A stretch of 64,000 nt of DNA from an uncultured delta proteobacterium (GCA_963712115.1 CAVQGX010000009.1:1-64000), one strand, 5' to 3'; shown: positions 20,301 through 29,897, counted from the stretch's first letter. Program-made: numbers and translations. The notes: generated by a model not told the origin, from the letters alone.

Positions 20301-20739
20301 AAATAACCTCCTTTGATTTAGTCTCGATGTTGGGGTAGATCGCGGTCATCGAGGATGGCAGGCCATTTTGCCAACTTGTTAAAGCTTGAATAAGTTGTGG
20401 TCTGAAAAAGCATATCCAAACCTAAAGACCTTCAGGTGATGTCACACCTGTTTTGTTTTCCGAGGTGAGAGGAATGGCTTGCTTTGAAACTTCACATCAG
20501 ATCGTTGTAGAAATCCGACGAGAGCAAGAGGAAAGTACATATGACATCGAAAGGCCAGGATTCGCTGGAGCAAATTTACCACAAAATCTGGAAAGGGCGC
20601 AAAGCGAAATCGCTCGCCTCAAAATCTTCGAGGATCGAGGGCGGGTGACAAGAATGTCAGAATGGTGTTATTTGCAGTCGAGGAGGGTTGGTGGGAAATT
20701 TAAACCTATAACGCCTATAAGGCCTCCTCTTGTCAACGG

Positions 20740-21170
20740 ATAAACGTCTCCCAGGAACGAAAAAGTTCTTTTTTCGTCAAACAACTTTGATGATGCCGTA
20801 ACAAGGCTCAGCGTTCCGATTTTGTTTCCCGATCAGGTTTGCAGATACCGTGTCTGCACCAAACGCCTATTGAGGGTCATCTCCCGCTCAATGCGGGAGC
20901 ACGGGCCCAGTTGCATTAAGGCCCGCACTTAGAAATCTATCCGTACCCGTATGCCGGCCCCTTCGATATGGCGGGCTCAGGTGAGTCACCAGTCCCAGTT
21001 ACTGTGTGGGCTCGGGGACGGAGCAGAACACGGAAACCACTGTACCGACATCATACTTATATAAACTGACTGGGGCCAGGGTGTGTGTCCAATCGCTTTA
21101 GAAGGGCTCGACAGACTGTCCCTGTCATGGTCCAGTTATAAGTAGGGCTCACACACTCCGCCCCAAGCTT
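20740..21170 (-). ncRNA. Putative bridge/seek RNA in the IS110 3' non-coding end
   Basis: Repeated GAGCCC-N10/12-TGG units in stem-loops; segments match the IS junctions (AAGCGAT, ATAGGCGTT); ends approximate. Confidence 0.7.
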
Positions 21171-22217
21171 TTAGGCTGCACTGAGAAAGATGTCCATATC
21201 GAAAGCTTCCCTTCGCTTGAGCATGAAGTAGACAGCACGGCCGAGCTTGTGGGCTAAGATGCTCAGAGCTTTGCCCTTGCCGTGTTTTCTGACCAGACGC
21301 TTGTGATAGTGCTGGGCTCGTTGATTATCTATCAAAAAGCAAACAGCGGCTTCTGAGAATGTCCACTTGAGATGAACGTTGCCGATCTTTTTGTTTGTGG
21401 TGCCCTGCTTCTTTCCTGCCGACTCCCTGGGACATTTGACCAGACGACAGTAGGAGACAAAGTCCTGCACCTTGGGAAAGCGACTGATCTGGTGGATTTC
21501 GTACAGAAGCATCAGAGCGAGAATCTTGCCAACTCCGGGAATCGTTTGCAGAAGATCCAATACCTCAGGGTTATGATCTCTGGCTGTTCTGAGAATATAG
21601 AGTTCAACATCCCTGAGCAGGCCATCATAGAAATCGAGTAACTGAAGGTCCACCTCGATGCTCTTGTTGGCACTGGGATCTGGAAAATGCTCTGCTACTC
21701 CTTGACGATTGCATCTGGAGGTGATTGCTTTGGGTAGTGGAGGAAGATTGTATTGACTGTTGGTGTTGTGAATGTGAGTGAGCAGCTCGGCGCGTTTGCG
21801 CTTGAGGTAGTTGCGCCGGCGCAGAAGATCCCGGGTGGAGCGCATCTGTCTAGGATAGACATAGGAAACGGGAAGTGTGCCTCCACGCAAAAGAATGGCA
21901 ATCTTCTTGGAATCGATCCTGTCGTTCTTGCTCTTGCCCCCATGGATGGCTTTCATGTAAAGAGCATGGCCCAGAACAAAGGGAATCGCCTCCTCGCTAC
22001 ACAGATCTGCCAGCCAGTACCACATGAATATGCACTCAACCGCAACAACGATGTCCTCACGGTACGGTGCAATGACTTTCAAGAATGATTCCGCTGAGGC
22101 TTTCCTGTTTCCGTGGAATAGAGTTTTGCCCGCCTGGTCCAGAATGCAAATGTACATGCTCCGGGCGTGAAGGTCGATTCCGCAGTAATACTTGTGCTGT
22201 TTGGTGTAAAATCTCAT
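21171..22217 (-). CDS. IS110-family DEDD recombinase/transposase
   Basis: GIDLH, VAVE, KNDRIDS (DEDD), TIPGVG, RESAGK catalytic Ser, KIGN..LK; start ATG 22217 after AAGGAGG. Confidence 0.95.
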   Translation of the reverse strand: MRFYTKQHKYYCGIDLHARSMYICILDQAGKTLFHGNRKASAESFLKVIAPYREDIVVAVECIFMWYWLADLCSEEAIPFVLGHALYMKAIHGGKSKNDRIDSKKIAILLRGGTLPVSYVYPRQMRSTRDLLRRRNYLKRKRAELLTHIHNTNSQYNLPPLPKAITSRCNRQGVAEHFPDPSANKSIEVDLQLLDFYDGLLRDVELYILRTARDHNPEVLDLLQTIPGVGKILALMLLYEIHQISRFPKVQDFVSYCRLVKCPRESAGKKQGTTNKKIGNVHLKWTFSEAAVCFLIDNQRAQHYHKRLVRKHGKGKALSILAHKLGRAVYFMLKRREAFDMDIFLSAA

Positions 22218-22822
22218 AGGGCTTCCTCCTTTGAGTGTAAGTGGTTTGTGGCGATAAACCACATATTACACTTCACTGGAGGAGGCCTTTATAAGTATCG
22301 CTTAAGCTTGAATTTGTGTTAGGCCAACGAGTGCAGATATGATGAGAAGATCTTAACTTTTCACGGATGCTTTGGACTCAAGATAAATAGCAGTATACTT
22401 AACTTGGGCCTGACTAGTGAATACCACTACCTATTGTGGTACCTAGCGACATCTTAGAACACGAACTTGCGAGTTTAACCGTCACTTTATATTTCGGATT
22501 GCTACTCGGCCTGAGTCTGGACTTCTTGATGGGCGGTAAGTCGTGACAACTTGTCAGGAGTAAACTTTTCAAAAGGGTACAAATTGTGAGTATACGCAAT
22601 CAGTAAGCTGCGTGCGAGACAATAAGCATCATCATCTACCTTTCACTAGATTGGTAGGTTTTATTGGTATTTGAGGTGGATGATATTTGGGGAGTCCCAC
22701 AAGCGATCAAAGGTTTTGACAAGTCAGATTTTTGTGAGGTAATTTTTTAACTTGTCTCCATTTTGACAAACTTGCCTAGGGGAACTTACTAACTTATGTA
22801 CATCAGGACCAAAGGAGATTCT

Positions 22823-23581
22823 ATGTTAAACAAATTACAAGGGAAGGTTGCAATTGTTACTGGTGGAGGGAGAGGCATAGGCAGAGCGATTGCAGAGGCT
22901 TATGCTAACAATGGGGCAAAGGTAGTTGTTACTGCCGCTATACAAAAAGATGAAATAGATGAAACGGCATTAAAAATAAATGGCAAGGCAATCTTAGCCG
23001 ATATTACCAAACCAGGTGATGTACAAATGTTAGTTGGCTCTGTTATTGTCGAGTTCGGAAGAATTGATATTTTAGTAAACAACGCAGCAAGAGGTATGAG
23101 ATTTGTCAATGAATCATTTATGACGGAGCCAAAGCCATTCTGGGAAGCAGACGCCAGTAACTGGCAGATGGTAATTAATACAAATGTCAACGGAACATAT
23201 CTGGTTACAAAAGCAGTAATTCCTCAAATGTTGAAACAGAAGTTTGGCCGAATCATTAATATTTCAATTAATCTTGAAACAATGAAACGTATAGGATTTT
23301 CACCCTATGGCCCTTCCAAAGCCGCACTGGAATCAATGAGTGTTATCTGGGCACAGGAATTGGCCGGAACCGGAATTACCCTGAATATCTTATTGCCGGG
23401 CGGAGCTACACTCACAGGTATGATCCCCCCGACTTTTCCCGAGGATAAAAAACAAGATTTGTTGAAGCCCGATATTATTGCACCTGCAGCCGTTTATCTC
23501 GCTTCTAATGAAGCTGAAAATATCAATGGGCAAAGAATAGTAGCTGTTGAATGGAACAAAGAACACGGAATAAATAAATAA
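22823..23581 (+). CDS. Short-chain dehydrogenase/reductase (FabG-like)
   Basis: TGGGRGIG, NNAA, YGPSK; start ATG 22823 after AAGGAG. Confidence 0.92.
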   Translation: MLNKLQGKVAIVTGGGRGIGRAIAEAYANNGAKVVVTAAIQKDEIDETALKINGKAILADITKPGDVQMLVGSVIVEFGRIDILVNNAARGMRFVNESFMTEPKPFWEADASNWQMVINTNVNGTYLVTKAVIPQMLKQKFGRIINISINLETMKRIGFSPYGPSKAALESMSVIWAQELAGTGITLNILLPGGATLTGMIPPTFPEDKKQDLLKPDIIAPAAVYLASNEAENINGQRIVAVEWNKEHGINK

Positions 23582-23622
23582 CTGAACATTTCTCTACTTC
23601 AAACATTTCACAGGAGGCACAC

Positions 23623-24360
23623 ATGGAATTCCAGACTAACACGGTGCTTGTAACGGGCGGTGGTTCCGGGATTGGATTTGCACTCGCGGAGCGGTTTGTT
23701 CAAGCGGGAAGCGATGTCATCATCTGTGGGCGTCGTGAAGATAAATTAAAAGAGGCCCAATCGAAATATCCGCAAATGCATATCCGCGTCTGCGACGTAG
23801 CCAACCCGACTGAACGCAGGGCGCTTTTTACCTGGGTATCAGAATCATTCCCGGGGTTGAATATACTTGTCAACAATGCGGGAATTCAACAACGCATTCA
23901 ACTGAAAGAGAAGCCGGCTTGGGAAACCCTGGGGCAAGAGTTGGCGATCAACCTCGAAGCCCCGATCCACCTTTCAACCCTCTTTATACCTCACCTCCTG
24001 CAACAAAAATGGTCTGCAATTATCAATGTCACTTCGGGGCTTGCCTTTGTACCACTGGCTCATGTGCCTGTCTATTGCGCTACAAAAGCGGCGCTGCATT
24101 CGTTTACGCTTTCGATGCGACACCAACTTACCGGCACGCCCATCACTGTTATCGAAATCATTCCGCCCGCTGTTGATACCGATCTCGGGGGCAAAGGGCT
24201 GCACACATTCGGTGCCCCTGTTGATGAATTCACGGATGCTGTTGTGGAACAACTTAAAAAAGGAAGCATCGAGGCAACCTATGGCTTTGCAGCGGAAGCG
24301 AGCCGGGCATCGCGCGAGCAGTTGGAGGAAATCTTTAAGCAGATGAACCCACCAATGTAG
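23623..24360 (+). CDS. SDR oxidoreductase (DltE-like)
   Basis: TGGGSGIG, NNAGIQ, YCATKAALHSFT, EIIPPAVDTDL. Confidence 0.92.
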   Translation: MEFQTNTVLVTGGGSGIGFALAERFVQAGSDVIICGRREDKLKEAQSKYPQMHIRVCDVANPTERRALFTWVSESFPGLNILVNNAGIQQRIQLKEKPAWETLGQELAINLEAPIHLSTLFIPHLLQQKWSAIINVTSGLAFVPLAHVPVYCATKAALHSFTLSMRHQLTGTPITVIEIIPPAVDTDLGGKGLHTFGAPVDEFTDAVVEQLKKGSIEATYGFAAEASRASREQLEEIFKQMNPPM

Positions 24361-24742
24361 ACAACGAGATACAGGTATAATCTTCGGGATAAAGGGACGG
24401 ACATCTCTTTTTTTCCCCAACGATGCAAAACCCTCCCGCATAAATGACTTATACATCTCTTGGCAGTATTTGATGAGCAGGGTTTAGCCTCTGGGGTAAA
24501 GTTATGGTTTCAAGATGTTAAGATTTCAGGCCTATCAAACTCTCAACGTCTATAGCAGAGACATTGATATTTGAGCTTGGTGAGATTGCCGCTATATGTG
24601 GTAGCTGGGTCGCAAGCCCAGAAGTGTGAAGCATGTCACCTTAAGTCTGAGGAAACCACTGAAGACTCTAAATATTTCCAATCTTGAGAATGGCTGACCG
24701 AGTGCAGCGTTTTTGTGCCAAATCCTTACCCAACCGCTGGGG

Positions 24743-25390
24743 TTAAATTGCTGGTTTTATCTTCGCAAGTGCCTTGGCTGCAGAATTTCTGACATCTGCG
24801 TTTTCATCCTCCAGAGCGGCAATCAAAGGTTCAACAGCACGGGCATCCTTAATCTTACCCAGGGCCTCGGCTGCCCAGCTTCTGACATGTGCATTTTTAT
24901 CCTGCAGGGCGGCAATGATAGGTTCAACAGCAAGGGCATCCTTGATCTCGCCTAGGGCGTTTGCCGCCCAACTCCGGACGTCCGGGTTTTTATCCTGCAG
25001 GGCCGCGATCAAAGGTTCAACAGCGCGGGCATCCTTAATCTTACCCAGGGCCTCGGCTGCCCCTGCCCGGACATTTGAGATTTTATCCTGCAGGGCCGCA
25101 ATTAAAGGTTCAACAGCACGGGCATCTTTAATCTTACCCAGGGCCTCGGCTGCCCCTGCCCGGGCACGCGATTTTTCACTCTTCAAGGCTGCAATCAAAG
25201 GTTCAACAGCAGAAGGGCCAGCCTTTTCCAGTGCCCTTATTGCCCTTCTGCGGATATTTACATTTTTGTCTTCCAGGGCTTGAATCAATCCATGTATCTC
25301 GTCTGATTGTGTATATCCACTGACGGGCATCCAGCAGAAGGTTAATATAATGCCTATTGTAATCATGAAAAGAACGTGCGACGTGTTCAT
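24743..25390 (-). CDS. Exported HEAT/PBS-lyase repeat protein
   Basis: Signal peptide then ~5 31-aa repeats [27 protein letters not shown]. Confidence 0.92.
   Translation of the reverse strand: MNTSHVLFMITIGIILTFCWMPVSGYTQSDEIHGLIQALEDKNVNIRRRAIRALEKAGPSAVEPLIAALKSEKSRARAGAAEALGKIKDARAVEPLIAALQDKISNVRAGAAEALGKIKDARAVEPLIAALQDKNPDVRSWAANALGEIKDALAVEPIIAALQDKNAHVRSWAAEALGKIKDARAVEPLIAALEDENADVRNSAAKALAKIKPAI
24814..25215. repeat. 93-bp coding tandem repeats of the HEAT gene
   Basis: Unit AATCAAAGGTTCAACAGC recurs at ~24821, 24914, 25007, 25100, 25193. Confidence 0.9.
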
Positions 25391-25498
25391 CTTATTTTTA
25401 CTCTTAAATATATCTCAAGCCTTCGGCAGCGTGGTCCAGCCCCTATGTGAAGCAACGGCTGCATAAAGCAAGCAAGCGGGCAGCGAGGACAGTCTACA

Positions 25499-26725
25499 TT
25501 ATTTCGGCTTCTTTCGTTTTATAGTGGGCTTTGTATCTACCTGCAGCTCCAAGGGTTTTTCCCGGTCATATCCCTTGGAAACATGGCAACTCATCATACA
25601 GGTCCCACCTGTGGGGGTCTTAACAAATACAATGCGAATATGAAAATTAGATGGACCAAAGGGCGTCGAGCTGCGGATTAGTCGTTCCTGGTCAGTGGCA
25701 TGAACATCGTGGCAGGCAATGCAGGTCCGGCCTTTTCTCCTCGTGACATGGAGATAGTGGAGGTTCAGATTCCCATTGCGGAAATTGGTCAAGGTGGTAG
25801 ATTTTTCGAGAAATGCCTGGGCCTTTTCGTGGCATTGGAAGCAAAGGCCATAAAGTTTAGGGTCATAGGGGTTGTAGAATTTATCAGGAAAGAGGCGTGT
25901 CCAGTGTTTTGTTAAATTAGATCCATGAAACGCGTGACAGGGGGAGCACATCCCCTCGTTGATCACCCCATGCCTAAAGGCTGCACTTTCTATCTTTTTG
26001 GGGATCTCTTCATGACAACTGTCACAAAGCTGAATCTCTTGCGGCCCTTCGCGCACGAGATGTTTATAGCTGGATGCATGGGGGTTGTGACAGGCCAAAC
26101 AATCTTCTGACTCTACCGGGCCGTGCAGGTACTTATATTCCATCTTGTCATCCTTGTCGTGGCAGGTAAAGCAGAGTCTTGCGGAGGACGGTCCACTCTC
26201 AAGCTGGAATTTATAAGGAGATTGGTGGGGGTTATGACAGCTGATGCAATCCATCTTCACAGGAGGATGAACGACCTCCTGTTTATAGAAAGCCTTTTGG
26301 TCTTCATGACAACTCAGGCACAGATCCAAATCGGACTTTATCAGGCCAAAACGGGCCTTAGAAGCGGTCACATCATGGCAGTACTTACAAGATCCTTGGG
26401 CAATCGGCGTGTGGACGTACGAGGCCGTACCCATCTTGGCATGGCACTTCTCTGAAACACAAGACTCCTCTTCATGAATGGTCGCATGGGAGAAGGGGGA
26501 TTTTTTAACACTGTTTTTCTGAGCAAAAATTAAGGGGGACTCTGCGGGTGGTGATGACATCTGTGGTTGTGACAGAGAACCCCTGACCGTCCCCTGAGAT
26601 TCCTGGGCACAACTTAGCACAGGAGAAAAAACCAGGAGAAGAAATCCTGCGAATATGATCATTTTTGAATTCTCAACAAACCTTGAAGATACCCAACCCC
26701 TTTTGCCATCCTTAGAGTCTTTCAT
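25499..26725 (-). CDS. Periplasmic multiheme cytochrome c (9 CxxCH + CxxxxCH + CxxxCH)
   Basis: Signal peptide; repeated H.P...CxxCHxPH doubled-CXXCH units; FRNG..NLHYLHV motif. Confidence 0.92.
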   Translation of the reverse strand: MKDSKDGKRGWVSSRFVENSKMIIFAGFLLLVFSPVLSCAQESQGTVRGSLSQPQMSSPPAESPLIFAQKNSVKKSPFSHATIHEEESCVSEKCHAKMGTASYVHTPIAQGSCKYCHDVTASKARFGLIKSDLDLCLSCHEDQKAFYKQEVVHPPVKMDCISCHNPHQSPYKFQLESGPSSARLCFTCHDKDDKMEYKYLHGPVESEDCLACHNPHASSYKHLVREGPQEIQLCDSCHEEIPKKIESAAFRHGVINEGMCSPCHAFHGSNLTKHWTRLFPDKFYNPYDPKLYGLCFQCHEKAQAFLEKSTTLTNFRNGNLNLHYLHVTRRKGRTCIACHDVHATDQERLIRSSTPFGPSNFHIRIVFVKTPTGGTCMMSCHVSKGYDREKPLELQVDTKPTIKRKKPK

Positions 26726-27424
26726 TTTCCACCTCCATTGATAAACGTCTTCGTAACCGTTTAGCGCTTTGAAAAAGAATCAGGGCGCTAAGGGTCACCT
26801 TATACCTAGGCGGTCTAAGGATCTGCCAAGAATAATATCCACAATCATATGAATTTATATTAAATCTATCTATACAAAACATATTAGAACTGACCATACA
26901 AAAGTTTGAATTGCAGGACGAAGATTGCAGTCTTTACTTGATAATGAACTAAATCGATGAAAAGTTAAGAAGTCTTAGATTCGAGATATATTCAGCTAGA
27001 AAAGGGGCGGAAGGAAGAATATCTTACCCTTTAAATCTCAACATGTTGTAGAATTTATAACAACTGAAAGGAACTCGTTTTACATAGCAAAGAGTATAGT
27101 ACGAAGGAGAATTGTGTGTCCAGTACCATGAGAGTCAAAGGAACAACTTTTCTTGTAGACGCTGCCGTCAGAACGAGCGCGGAATGGACTCCAAAAAACT
27201 TGCCTCTCAGGCATTGAGGAAAAATTGATACGTATCGCCCGAAAAGCTGATCAAAGTTAGGCTCATGCAACCCACTGGCTCAAGTTCAAGGCTCTTGGTT
27301 ACAAGGGTGATTCAATAATACGTGGAGGCTGCTTCAAGCAACTGCCTCTGGGCTTGAAAGTGGGTTCACAAGAAATAAATATGAAGTAAGTCTTGCGGAT
27401 TTTGCTCGTTAATGCGGGTGCACC

Positions 27425-28606
27425 ATGGGAGTCGAAAGGCAGGAAAAACGTAAAAGGGAAGCCCTGAGATATTTTACCTTTTGCAGGGCGATGGCCATTG
27501 GGGCTTCGCTCCTATTTCTTTTCTACCTGAACGGGTGCTTAAAGACCGTTTCTCAGGAGGACACCCCATCACCAGAGCCTCCAGTCCTCATAGCTTCCGA
27601 GATTGAGCAAGAAAGCTCCGCTGAATCCGGTCAAAATATTTTCACAGTAAGTTATCCTGCCGATATGGCAGTTATGGAATTCAACCTTCTAAGTATTTCT
27701 TTAAGCCTACCTCAAGGTTCTGCTGATTTAATAGAAGTAGAGGTAAATAGACATATTAAGGCGAGTATCATTCCACGCCGAAAAGTCGAATGTTTGTCTG
27801 TTCCATTGGAGCTTGGCTTAAATAATTTAAATATAAGAGCCAAGAAAGAAGACAGAGTCGTAGATGTTGTTGCTTTAGATGTTTTTCGCAGGTCCGATCT
27901 TGTCGGCAACTATGAGAAGCCCCCGGCTGGTTTTAAAAAAGATTATTTTCATAGCAAGGACCGTTCACAGTGTGCCAGCTGTCATCATGTATTGGAACCG
28001 ACGGAAGCTGACAACAAGACGATAAATATCGAGACCTACGCTGCCGAAGTTTCAGAAAACAAGGCTGTTGTTCCCACCGAGTCCACCTGCTACTCGTGTC
28101 ACCGAGGGATTACCTTCTACTCATTTGTTCACGGGCCTGGTTTCGTCTGGAGTTGCCTCACATGTCACGATTCTCAAGGAGAGCCGAAGTATTCCCTTAA
28201 ATACCCGGTTCCAGAATTATGCTACAAATGTCATGCAGAGCAAAAACAACAAAGGAGCGGCAAAAAGAGCTATCATGCGCCTTATATTACGGACAAATGC
28301 GGTATATGTCACAACCCGCATGCATCAGAAAACCCTTGCAGGCTTGACAAACCTATCTGGCTTCTGTGTGTAAGCTGTCACCCTGATCAGGGTGACGGCA
28401 GGCATGTCATTGCACCTTATTTCTGGGGAACCAGGCATCGCAAGCATCCAACCCACGGGGTCCTAGACCCTTCAAGAAAGGGGCATGAACTTACCTGTGC
28501 AAGCTGCCATGATCCGCATGCATCTGACTCCCCCATGTTCATCACAAAATATGGCCCAAGGAGCTTTGATTTGTGTATGAAGTGCCATTGGAAGAATAAA
28601 CCCTAA
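27425..28606 (+). CDS. Octaheme cytochrome c lipoprotein
   Basis: Lipobox LNGC, Ig-like N-terminal segment (VPLELGLNNLNI), 8 CxxCH motifs. Confidence 0.9.
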   Translation: MGVERQEKRKREALRYFTFCRAMAIGASLLFLFYLNGCLKTVSQEDTPSPEPPVLIASEIEQESSAESGQNIFTVSYPADMAVMEFNLLSISLSLPQGSADLIEVEVNRHIKASIIPRRKVECLSVPLELGLNNLNIRAKKEDRVVDVVALDVFRRSDLVGNYEKPPAGFKKDYFHSKDRSQCASCHHVLEPTEADNKTINIETYAAEVSENKAVVPTESTCYSCHRGITFYSFVHGPGFVWSCLTCHDSQGEPKYSLKYPVPELCYKCHAEQKQQRSGKKSYHAPYITDKCGICHNPHASENPCRLDKPIWLLCVSCHPDQGDGRHVIAPYFWGTRHRKHPTHGVLDPSRKGHELTCASCHDPHASDSPMFITKYGPRSFDLCMKCHWKNKP

Positions 28607-29063
28607 AGGCAAGTTTGACTGTCGCCACATTAACCCAAGATGTTGAACCGTATACTCTAGGCAGACAACTCAAGATCACTTGCCAATACCTTGAGTCGAG
28701 GTCGGCTCAAGGTCTGAAGAGCATATGTGAACCGTAGGTGGTTTGTATGCTAGGTCCGACTAAATAGTTGTAGACTGGAGATGACATCCCTTAATTCACA
28801 CTTTGCTGGATTTCAATCTGGCACAAGATATGGTTTCTTGTCAATGTGGAGAACAAGAAAACCCCCATCGACCAACCGTTGACAAAAGCCGATGGGGGGA
28901 ACCATTGGGAGAATGGTATTAGGTGAGCACCATGCTCACCGCACTGATTCAATAATGCAAACCCGATGCCAAGAAAAAACAAAGCCCCCACTGACTAGGG
29001 ACAGCAAGGGGCAGTGAGGGCGACATGCAGAGGGGATAAAGCTTGGCATTATTGAGGGACGCC

Positions 29064-29336
29064 TCACTTCTTCCCATTAATCCTGTCCCTCAGCTTACCA
29101 GAGCATTTGAAGGTAAGAACTTTCCTGGGCGCTATCATCATCGGCTGTCCGTTCTGTGGATTCCTACCCTTCCTCTCCATTTTCTCTTTCACTGAGAATT
29201 TTCCGAGGCTTGAAATGAGGACATTCTCACCGCTCTCTAAAGTTTGCTTCATGATTTCGAAAAGGGAGTCAACTAGCTCGAGGGATTGTATTCTCGTATA
29301 GCTTGTCTTTTTGCTAATTGCTTTGGTGAGAGTCAT
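29064..29336 (-). CDS. ihfA: Integration host factor alpha-like protein (short helix 1)
   Basis: MTLTKA, LESGENVLIS..GKF.V..K..RKGRNPQ.G, RKVLTFKCSGKLRDRIN; AGGAGGAG SD. Confidence 0.85.
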   Translation of the reverse strand: MTLTKAISKKTSYTRIQSLELVDSLFEIMKQTLESGENVLISSLGKFSVKEKMERKGRNPQNGQPMMIAPRKVLTFKCSGKLRDRINGKK

Positions 29337-29757
29337 AACTACTGCTCCTCCTTCTACAGCTTGGGTAATGAGACAATAAAGTATTTTTTATGAGGAATTA
29401 TAGCGAGGTATGAGTTCCTCAACAGATTACACGAATGAGGGGAGAACTGGCAACAAAAAAGCCCCCACCGAAGCCAGGATCTCCGATGAGGGTGGAAAGA
29501 AGTGTAGGGTGAGAGAAGCAGGCTACAATTCCCACCCAAGCAGTATGATATATAACAGAAGAGATAAGTTGATGCAAGAAAAAAGAGAAAGCCCCCACTG
29601 ACAGAGCCAGTTAAAGCCAGTGGGGGCGAAAAAAAGAGAGCGGTTAGGATATAACCCACGGATGCCCTACCCAGTCTGCAACTTACCACATAGAAAGAAA
29701 TTACTGCAATAGTTGGATGCACGGCATGGAGGATTGCGAGAAGATAGAGAAACTCAA

Positions 29758-29862
29758 CTAAAACAGCAAGGGAAACATTCGAAATGCTGCGTATGAGAGT
29801 ACCCCTGCTAGCATCAACATGATCGTGACTATGATTACTAGTTGCGTAAATGTTGGAGCCAT
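29758..29862 (-). CDS. Unannotated 34-aa single-pass membrane peptide
   Basis: MAPTFTQLVIIVTIMLMLAGVLSYAAFRMFPLLF*, just downstream of a sigma54-like promoter; weak SD. Confidence 0.45.
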   Translation of the reverse strand: MAPTFTQLVIIVTIMLMLAGVLSYAAFRMFPLLF

Positions 29863-29897
29863 AATACACCGCAAGATGGTATTTAATTGTTAGCAAA

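Larger units (their letters stand above)
20712..22301 (-). mobile_element. Complete IS110-family (IS1111-type) element
   Basis: Sub-terminal IRs AAGGCCTCCTC (20719-20729) / GAGGAGGCCTT (22279-22289); shared CGC core at 20712-14 and 22299-301; short 5' and long 3' non-coding ends; outward TTGACA at 20731-36. Confidence 0.88.

Noticed and set aside
20453-20743. 96-aa plus-strand ORF
   Set aside because: No recognisable family; it stops inside the IS110 end, so at most a remnant
20821-20840. AAACCTGATCGGGAAAC on the minus strand resembling a TPP riboswitch core upstream of tenA
   Set aside because: Lacks P5 and the CTGAGA element, and lies inside the IS110 non-coding end
18480-22324. Integron cassette array (GCCTAAC at 22318-24, GTTATA cores)
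   Set aside because: No intI in the window and no full attC with paired L boxes and extended stem; kept only as an unexplained site pair
24814-25215. Regular DNA repeats as a possible CRISPR array
   Set aside because: 93-bp in-frame coding repeats of a HEAT protein, with no unique spacers
26900-27420. c-di-GMP riboswitch between the cytochrome genes
   Set aside because: No GEMM consensus (GGCAAAC..GAAA..GACGCAAAG) visible
28858-29630. Hairpin repeats as a degenerate CRISPR array
   Set aside because: Irregular spacing, variable part lies inside the hairpin loop, no cas genes
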